Positions 11,724-18,119 of a stretch of DNA of 18,119 nt are shown here, piece after piece. A model generated the notes under the pieces. That model had not been told where the DNA came from. It saw nothing but the letters and a program-made list of their open reading frames with translations, and made no database searches. The translations under genes and the position numbers were made by a program. Positions within the stretch are counted from its first letter, which is position 1, and each line of letters begins with the position of its first letter. Origin of the DNA: a virus (lineage: Duplodnaviria; Heunggongvirae; Uroviricota; Caudoviricetes); the IMG/VR virus record IMGVR_UViG_3300043803_001772; one strand, given 5' to 3'.

Positions 11724-12709
11724 AGTTGTGTTTTGATCCAGTTAAATGTTTTTTCAATACCAATTTTAAGAGGTTGTGATGGTTCCCAATTCATCTTTTC
11801 TCTATATAAACTGTTGTCTGATTTACGACCTCTTACACCGGTTGGACATTTAAAGCCATATTTTTGTTTAAAGTTCTCTCCATCAATGTTTTTGACTTTG
11901 ATGTTTTTATTTGTCAAATCAATTGCCATTTGAGCCAATTCATTGATTGATACCATTTCTTCAGAACCAATATTCACTGGTCCTAAAAATCCATCTTGTT
12001 TCATAAACCTCATAACAGCTTCTACGCATTCATCTATGTACAAAAATGATCTGGTCTGTAGACCGTCACCCCACACTTCCAATTCTTCACCGGCTGAAGT
12101 TTCCAATGCTTTTCTACACATTGCAGCAGGCGCTTTTTCTTTCCCACCTTTATATGTGCCACAGGGACCAAAGATGTTATGAAATCTAGCAATTCTCACA
12201 TCCAGTTTATGATTTCTATTATATGCTAGATATAATCTTTCGCTAAACAACTTTTCCCAACCGTATTCACTATCTGGTTCAGCTGGATACGCATCCTTTT
12301 CAGCACATTTGGGATTGTTTGGATCCATTTGATTATATTCTGGATATGCGCATGCGCTTGAAGAATAAAACACTTTTTTTACTTTCTTTTTAACACATTC
12401 GTGTACCACATTTAAATTGATCAAAGCAGAATTATGCATTACATTTGCATCGTTTTGACCAGTAAAAATATACAACGCACCACCCATATCTGCGGCCAAT
12501 TGATACACTTCATCTGCATTTTCAGTAATTACTGATTTTACTACGTTTACATCAGTAAGATCGCCAATTACAAATTCATCTGCGTAATTATGATATTCAT
12601 TATTTTTAATGTCAACGCCACGAACCCAGTAACCTTCTTCTTTTAGACGTTTTACTAAATGTCCACCTATAAATCCGCCGGCTCCTAATACAATTGCTGT
12701 TTTTTTCAT
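11720..12709 (-). CDS. NAD-dependent epimerase, GDP-D-mannose 3,5-epimerase-like
   Basis: GAGGFIG, LAADMGG, YSSSACAYP, YGWEK (YxxxK), RFHNIFGP, GGKEKAPAAMCRK. Confidence 0.9.
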   Translation of the reverse strand: MKKTAIVLGAGGFIGGHLVKRLKEEGYWVRGVDIKNNEYHNYADEFVIGDLTDVNVVKSVITENADEVYQLAADMGGALYIFTGQNDANVMHNSALINLNVVHECVKKKVKKVFYSSSACAYPEYNQMDPNNPKCAEKDAYPAEPDSEYGWEKLFSERLYLAYNRNHKLDVRIARFHNIFGPCGTYKGGKEKAPAAMCRKALETSAGEELEVWGDGLQTRSFLYIDECVEAVMRFMKQDGFLGPVNIGSEEMVSINELAQMAIDLTNKNIKVKNIDGENFKQKYGFKCPTGVRGRKSDNSLYREKMNWEPSQPLKIGIEKTFNWIKTQL

Positions 12710-12712
12710 AAT

Positions 12713-13300
12713 TTATATTTTTAAAAATTTTTCCAGTTCCCAAATTTTATAAGATAGCCAGTATGATAGTGTGTGAATTTTGTTACAAATAATTTTTACC
12801 GTTTTGTTATAAGGTTTACCAAACAATATGTAAAATTTTGTTTTTTCAAAGTTTCGTCTCTTTGTCCAGTACTCAACATCCTTACGATGTTGTTCTTTAC
12901 GTTCACTATTATCAGTAGCGGTAAATTCTATCACTTTAGCTCCAGTAACTTTACCATCGACAAATGTAACATCATATTCAATCCAATAATCATATTTGTC
13001 ATTTGTATCACTATCATACGCATACAATCTAATTGTATTTGTTATTGGAAAAATTTGTTGCCACCAAACTTTGATTTCCTTACGAGTTGGTAATTTTTCA
13101 ATTAAACTCTTAGCATTTGGATTACCGTCTGTATATTCATACTCTGCACAGTGTAACCAAAGTGTACCATCTTCACGGATTTCATACAAATCCATTGCAT
13201 TATCAAAGTCTTTGGTTTGATACTTATCGTTACAATAACCCTTTGGATCTTCTGGTAAAGGAAGTGGGTATTTACATACTACATCATCAAACATTCCCAT
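12713..13300 (-). CDS. conserved hypothetical phage protein
   Basis: MGMFDDV.C.YPLP...YQTKD...YEIREDGTL N-terminal pattern. Confidence 0.7.
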   Translation of the reverse strand: MGMFDDVVCKYPLPLPEDPKGYCNDKYQTKDFDNAMDLYEIREDGTLWLHCAEYEYTDGNPNAKSLIEKLPTRKEIKVWWQQIFPITNTIRLYAYDSDTNDKYDYWIEYDVTFVDGKVTGAKVIEFTATDNSERKEQHRKDVEYWTKRRNFEKTKFYILFGKPYNKTVKIICNKIHTLSYWLSYKIWELEKFLKI

Positions 13301-13303
13301 AAA

Positions 13304-13537
13304 TTAATTTCCTCTATTTTTGTATTCTTCTATGTCAAGCAAGAAATTACGAAATGAGGCGTGATCATCAAGATCCGCTTGAGATAACTTTGATAGATTA
13401 TAATCCGCAATATACTCCAAAAGTACACCAACATAATAGCCTGGAATGGTAATATTCTTACCATCAAACTTTAGGTCATCGTGTTGAATAATGATCGGAT
13501 TGTTCACTTTGTCTTTAATAGTTAGTTCTTTTTCCAT
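13304..13537 (-). CDS. hypothetical protein
   Basis: 77 aa, first gene after a divergent promoter. Confidence 0.65.
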   Translation of the reverse strand: MEKELTIKDKVNNPIIIQHDDLKFDGKNITIPGYYVGVLLEYIADYNLSKLSQADLDDHASFRNFLLDIEEYKNRGN

Positions 13538-13543
13538 ACTTGT

Positions 13544-13572
13544 ATCCTAGTTTAACTATCAAACTGTGTCAA
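13544..13572 (-). promoter_or_regulatory. sigma70-like promoter, probably leaderless
   Basis: TTGACA-N17-TAGGAT; the A of the ATG at 13537 is 7 nt after the -10. Confidence 0.65.
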
Positions 13573-13613
13573 TATAAAAAATTATTTCTGAATATAAAAA
13601 ATACGTATATTTG

Positions 13614-14456
13614 ATGAAAGGAATTATTCTAGCTGGAGGTACTGGTAGCAGATTATATCCGTTAACTAGTACAATAAATAAACAGTTGTTGCCTGTTTAC
13701 GACAAGCCAATGATTTATTATCCATTCTGCACATTATTGTCTTGTGGTATAAAAGACTTTTGCATCATTTCTTCCCCAGAGTATTTACCTTCATATGAAA
13801 AACTGTTTGGGGATGGAAGTCAACTGGGTATTAAAATTACTTATAAAATACAGTACAAACCCAGAGGTATAGCAGAAAGTTTTATTATAGCTGAAGAATT
13901 TATAAATAATGATTCAGTTGCGCTTATACTAGGTGATAATATATTTCACGGAATGCCTAGAGTCAAGCCCGTACTTTACGGAGCTGTTATATTTGGTTAT
14001 GAAGTTAGTGATCCAAGATCATATGGAGTTATTGAGTTTGATAGTGATAACAACGTAATAAGCATAGAAGAAAAACCCACTGAACCAAAAAGCAATTATG
14101 CGGTACCTGGCTTATATTTTTATGATAAGAACGTGGTTGAATATGCTAAAACACTTAAACCATCTGCAAGAGGTGAAATTGAAATAACTGATTTGAACTT
14201 AATATATCTTGACAACAAGCAGTTGACCGCTGTAAAATTTGCTAAAGGCACAGCGTGGTTAGATGCTGGAAGCGCTGAATCATTATTTGAAAGTAGTGCT
14301 TATGTTCAAGCTATTCAATCAAGACAAGGAATTAAAATTGGTTGTATTGAAGAAGAGTGCTTCAAGCGCAAATATATAAGCAAAGAGCAACTTAAAGCGC
14401 TTATAGAAAAATTACCTAACAGCGAATATAAAAAATATTTAAATAAATTATTATGA
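13614..14456 (+). CDS. rmlA: glucose-1-phosphate thymidylyltransferase
   Basis: GIILAGGTGSRLYP, KQLLPVYDKPMIYY, LILGDNIF, SARGEIEIT, WLDAG; ATG follows the TTG used by the ORF track. Confidence 0.97.
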   Translation: MKGIILAGGTGSRLYPLTSTINKQLLPVYDKPMIYYPFCTLLSCGIKDFCIISSPEYLPSYEKLFGDGSQLGIKITYKIQYKPRGIAESFIIAEEFINNDSVALILGDNIFHGMPRVKPVLYGAVIFGYEVSDPRSYGVIEFDSDNNVISIEEKPTEPKSNYAVPGLYFYDKNVVEYAKTLKPSARGEIEITDLNLIYLDNKQLTAVKFAKGTAWLDAGSAESLFESSAYVQAIQSRQGIKIGCIEEECFKRKYISKEQLKALIEKLPNSEYKKYLNKLL

Positions 14457-15319
14457 TTATACTATTTGGATCAAGCGGTTATATTGGAAGTGAGTTTAAA
14501 AAGCAATTAGCTGAATTAAAGCTACCTGTTTTTCTTTGGCCAAATGCAAGAAATACAACATTTGCTGACTTGGAAAAATGGTATGAAGACACAGGATACC
14601 CTATTATAGGCGCTGTAATAAATGCAGCTGGGTACACTGGCAAACCAAATGTAGATGCTTGTGAATTAAATAAAGAAGCTACTGTGCACGGCAATATTGT
14701 GTGGCCACAAATACTAACTGATTGGTGTATGTTAAATGATATACCTTTGGCGCATGTTTCCAGTGGATGTATATATGAAGGTAGACGAGGTGATGGTGCT
14801 CCTTTTACCGAAGAAGATGTGCCAAACTTTAGTTTTGCGCATAATAACTGTAGTTTTTATAGTGGCACCAAAGTAATAGGTGAACAAGTAGTGAAGAAGT
14901 GGGAAAAACATTACATTTGGAGACTTAGAATACCATTTGAAGAATTTGATAATTCAAGAAACTACATAAGCAAAATCTTAAAATATGATAAGCTTTTGGA
15001 TGCGGAAAATAGTGTAAGTAATAAACAAGAGTTTGTAAGTGCTTGTATTCAAACCATAACCAAAAACGTACCTTATGGCACATACAATATTACCAATAGT
15101 GGTTTTATCACAACCAAACAAATCACTGAAAAGTTTAAGCAAACAATTGCAAAAGATAAAGTCTTTAATTTTGTTGAAGAAGGTGAATTTTATAAAAATA
15201 TTGTTAAAACTCCTCGTTCAAATTGCGTAATGAGCAATGAAAAGTTGTTGTCAACCGGCATCAAAATGAGAACTGCAGATGAAGCTTTTGACTATTGTTT
15301 AAATAATTGGACACTATGA
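14453..15319 (+). CDS. RmlD-superfamily reductase, NRS/ER-like (possible bifunctional 3,5-epimerase/4-reductase)
   Basis: GSSGYIG, AAGYTGKPNVDACE, HVSSGCIY, SFYSGTK, LRIPF, RNYISKI. Confidence 0.8.
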   Translation: MIILFGSSGYIGSEFKKQLAELKLPVFLWPNARNTTFADLEKWYEDTGYPIIGAVINAAGYTGKPNVDACELNKEATVHGNIVWPQILTDWCMLNDIPLAHVSSGCIYEGRRGDGAPFTEEDVPNFSFAHNNCSFYSGTKVIGEQVVKKWEKHYIWRLRIPFEEFDNSRNYISKILKYDKLLDAENSVSNKQEFVSACIQTITKNVPYGTYNITNSGFITTKQITEKFKQTIAKDKVFNFVEEGEFYKNIVKTPRSNCVMSNEKLLSTGIKMRTADEAFDYCLNNWTL

Positions 15320-16272
15320 ATATACTAGTAACAGGAGGAAGTGGGTTTATAGGCAGCCACTTCATTGAGGAAATTCTCAAACGAGATAAGAGTTCAAATG
15401 TTTGGAATATTGATTACAATACATATGCAGCAAACAAAAACCTACCATTTCAAAATAATACTAGGTATCAAAAATTAACTTTAGACATTTCAACTCCAAA
15501 CTTTTCTGACTCAAAGAAATATATTGACTCATTGAATTTAGATTATGTAATTCACTTTGCAGCTGAGTCACACGTAGATAATTCTATCAAATCCCCCAAA
15601 AGATTTATAGAAACAAATATTGGTGGAACTTTCAATTTGTTGGAGATGTTCAAAGATACAAATATCAAAAAGTTTATTCATATTTCTACAGATGAAGTAT
15701 TTGGTAGTTTGAGTTACAAAGAAAGAGAATTCAATACAGACAGTCCGTATCGTCCAAATAGTCCGTATGCAGCGAGTAAAGCAGCTAGTGATTTATTGGT
15801 AAGAAGTTATGTTAAGACTTATAATTTTCCAGCTATAATCACAAATTGTAGCAACAACTTTGGTCCGAGACAGTTCGCTGAAAAGCTTATTCCAGTTTGT
15901 ATTGACAAATTGAAAAAGAAAGAAAAAATTCCACTATACGGAAATGGGTTAAATATAAGAGATTGGATTTATGTAAAAGACCACGTTAATGCGATTATAT
16001 GCGTTATGCAAGATGGTATTGTTGGAAAACAGTATTTGATAGGGGGTAATAACGAAATATCTAATATACAACTAATACATTCGATTGTGAGTGTATACGA
16101 AACCATCACTAAACAAAAAGTTGACTGGGAATGGTTTGAATATGTAACTGACCGTAAAGGACACGATTTTAGATATGCGGTAGATACCAAAGACTTTGAA
16201 ATGGAGTTTCCTCAATTTAACACAACAGATTTTGACAAAGCTATTTTAGAAACGGTGAAATCATATTTATAA
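15316..16272 (+). CDS. rmlB: dTDP-glucose 4,6-dehydratase
   Basis: GGSGFIG, HFAAESHVD, ISTDEVFG, PYAASK, NCSNNFGP, DRKGHDFRYA; ATGA overlap supports a start at 15316. Confidence 0.95.
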   Translation: MNILVTGGSGFIGSHFIEEILKRDKSSNVWNIDYNTYAANKNLPFQNNTRYQKLTLDISTPNFSDSKKYIDSLNLDYVIHFAAESHVDNSIKSPKRFIETNIGGTFNLLEMFKDTNIKKFIHISTDEVFGSLSYKEREFNTDSPYRPNSPYAASKAASDLLVRSYVKTYNFPAIITNCSNNFGPRQFAEKLIPVCIDKLKKKEKIPLYGNGLNIRDWIYVKDHVNAIICVMQDGIVGKQYLIGGNNEISNIQLIHSIVSVYETITKQKVDWEWFEYVTDRKGHDFRYAVDTKDFEMEFPQFNTTDFDKAILETVKSYL

Positions 16273-16275
16273 TAT

Positions 16276-16662
16276 GTGCCCATTAGAATTTATTCTAAAG
16301 AAGCCAAAGACTTAACTCTATTTGAAGAAAAGAGTTGTGCTAAACTAATTTCCTCTGGTTCCATATACTCGTTATATGTTGAGTGTTGTTCGCCTGATAA
16401 AAAAGTACCAAACAGAGTCTTTATGGCCAAAGAAAACGGCAAGATTATAGGGTGGTCAATAATACGATTAAAGAAAAAGATAGGTGTTAACGGATACTTT
16501 GAGTTTATGGTTTATATCAAACGACTATACAGACGTAGAGGTATAGCAACAAAAATGTATAAACGATCCAGAAAATTCTTTAATTTGGAAGACGATGATA
16601 TAAAGGTGTACAAAACTGATACTGCTAATATAAGATTCTTTGATTCGGTTATGGAATCATAG
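16276..16662 (+). CDS. GNAT-family acetyltransferase-like protein
   Basis: IIGWS and VYIKRLYRRRGIATKM (acetyl-CoA motif A); GTG start. Confidence 0.65.
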   Translation: MPIRIYSKEAKDLTLFEEKSCAKLISSGSIYSLYVECCSPDKKVPNRVFMAKENGKIIGWSIIRLKKKIGVNGYFEFMVYIKRLYRRRGIATKMYKRSRKFFNLEDDDIKVYKTDTANIRFFDSVMES

Positions 16663-17025
16663 ATTCTTGTTATAGATAGCTAATTTTGGATTTGCATATC
16701 CAAATTTTTTAACCAATTGACCAGCTACACTATTAGCTTCATCTTCAATTTCACCGCCAATGTCTTGAGTTGGTTCTTCTAACTTACCAAGTTGATTTTG
16801 ATGATGATGTATTAGTTCGTGTGCAATACTACGAAGAACGTCGGCTAATCCTCTATCTTTACAATAAACCTTTACAAGACCGTTTTGAGGATTGTAATAA
16901 GCATATGTTTTTAAATCATCGTCTCGTTGTTTTACCAGAGATACCTTAAACGGAGTATTAATGTTTAGTTCATCATTGATGAATTTAATAAACTTAACGA
17001 TAGCATATTTGCTTAATTTATCCAT
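16657..17025 (-). CDS. small zincin-like metallopeptidase-domain protein
   Basis: RSIAHELIHHHQ (HExxH) plus a downstream IEDEAN. Confidence 0.7.
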   Translation of the reverse strand: MDKLSKYAIVKFIKFINDELNINTPFKVSLVKQRDDDLKTYAYYNPQNGLVKVYCKDRGLADVLRSIAHELIHHHQNQLGKLEEPTQDIGGEIEDEANSVAGQLVKKFGYANPKLAIYNKNL

Positions 17026-17026
17026 A

Positions 17027-17479
17027 TTAGAGTCCTGCTTCTTTGTAAGACATCTTTATTTTACCAGCGTCAATCAAACGTTTGCGGTTTTGTAAATGAA
17101 GATTCTTTACGTTTTCTTTATTTTCCCCAAGATATTTCACAGCATAACCTTCCTCAACCAACAAATTGTTTAAAACTTCTTTGGTTTCTGGGTTGATTAT
17201 TTCACCTAAAATTCTACCAAACTTTTCAACATCATCGCTCTTATGTGTACGAACTATCACGTGTTTCTTACTATTTTCAATAAATTCTTTAACGTAATCT
17301 TTGCTAACCAAACCAAATACCTTTTCGGTTTTATCACTGGTACGGCTTTCTGGGGTATCAACTCCCAACAATCTTACACTTTGATTAGATAACACCACAT
17401 TAAATCCCAAGTCAATATCAACAACAATTGTGTCTCCATCTACAACTTGAGTGACCTTTGCGTGATATTCGTATGGCAT
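17027..17479 (-). CDS. thermonuclease (SNase-like) family protein
   Basis: VVDGDT, VRLLGVDTPE, KFGRILG. Confidence 0.85.
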   Translation of the reverse strand: MPYEYHAKVTQVVDGDTIVVDIDLGFNVVLSNQSVRLLGVDTPESRTSDKTEKVFGLVSKDYVKEFIENSKKHVIVRTHKSDDVEKFGRILGEIINPETKEVLNNLLVEEGYAVKYLGENKENVKNLHLQNRKRLIDAGKIKMSYKEAGL

Positions 17480-17480
17480 G

Positions 17481-17840
17481 TTATGATAGTGTTAACAAAT
17501 ATTTTAGCTTATTTAGTTGAGCCAACATTTCATCCCGTATGTTAAATAAATCTGTATCCGATTCTTCCAAAGATTTTGGCAATTCATTTACCAAATAATC
17601 AATGTATTTGTCACAAAAATCTGTTGGAGGCATATCTTTGTAATTGGATAATTCAATCTTAAAACCGTCTCGACTTTCAATTCGACCGTATTTACCCATA
17701 AAAACTTCAACAAACTCGTCGATCAAACCGGAGAATTCGTCATATGCGCGGCCAAGAGCTTTGTGTTCGGCATAACTTTTGGTTTGCCAATGATGGATTT
17801 TAAGTTGGTTGTGTAAAGTTAATAAGTTTGTGACTATCAT
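17481..17840 (-). CDS. ferritin/Dps-like phage protein (DUF5856-like)
   Basis: HHWQTKSYAEHKALG..YD...DEFVE...G.YG; start placed at MIVTN (ORF track start is 17909). Confidence 0.75.
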   Translation of the reverse strand: MIVTNLLTLHNQLKIHHWQTKSYAEHKALGRAYDEFSGLIDEFVEVFMGKYGRIESRDGFKIELSNYKDMPPTDFCDKYIDYLVNELPKSLEESDTDLFNIRDEMLAQLNKLKYLLTLS

Positions 17841-17908
17841 AATAGATATAAATATCATATTTAGAATAAAATAACTAAAACAAAACGTAAATCTATTATT
17901 TATACACA

Positions 17909-18119
17909 ATGAAATCAGTTATATATTTTGTTTTTAAAATTAACGAAGAAAATTACATAGATGACATACAGAGTCAGATAAATCACGATGTTAAACAATA
18001 CATAATAACTGACATTAGCAACCCTTCAAAATCAATTTATAACAAAGTTGACAATATTTTTTACTTTAAAGATAAAATTTCGTGTTTGAAAGGCACAATG
18101 CATTTATTGAATTACCTTG
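17909..18119 (+). CDS. partial ORF running off the window end
   Basis: ATG at 17909 and 70 open codons (MKSVIYFVFKINEENY...) to the edge. Confidence 0.55.
   Translation, partial: MKSVIYFVFKINEENYIDDIQSQINHDVKQYIITDISNPSKSIYNKVDNIFYFKDKISCLKGTMHLLNYL

Noticed and set aside
398-16190. Short antisense ORFs in the track (e.g. 398-601, 1168-1428, 1955-2146, 2953-3177, 3279-3557, 5871-6083, 8783-9001, 9534-9731, 9805-10002, 11027-11290, 11712-12182, 12773-13302, 14479-14694, 15969-16190)
   Set aside because: Shadow frames largely or fully overlapping better-supported genes on the opposite strand
1-18119. Alternative genetic code
   Set aside because: Recognisable enzymes are full length under code 11, and TAA, TAG and TGA all act as stops
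1-18119. CRISPR array
   Set aside because: No regularly spaced direct repeats; the recurring motifs are promoters and boxA-like sites

Overview
AT-rich, gene-dense segment that reads as part of a large dsDNA bacteriophage genome. This is inferred from gene content: short hypothetical ORFs, CCA-encoding tRNAs, a free-standing HNH, an SNase-like and a ferritin-like gene, and nucleotide-sugar enzymes. From left to right it contains two tandem 2OG-Fe(II) oxygenases, a plus-strand block of probable virion proteins, and a ~3 kb minus-strand RNA island (4578-7570), then small early-type genes including a SPOUT RNA methyltransferase and a DksA/TraR-like zinc finger, a GDP-mannose 3,5-epimerase-like gene, an rmlA / epimerase-reductase / rmlB block, and GNAT, zincin, SNase and ferritin-like genes. 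The RNA island is the most unusual part. It has 11 tRNA or tRNA-like genes: four with CAT anticodons, a Leu(UAA) split by a 202-nt group I intron, an Ile(UAU) with a long extra arm, and three with rebuilt D/T-loop elbows, one of them Gly(ACC). It also has about five unexplained structured non-coding units, repeated promoter cassettes and seven rrn-type boxA-like sites. All structures were folded by eye and no database searches were run.
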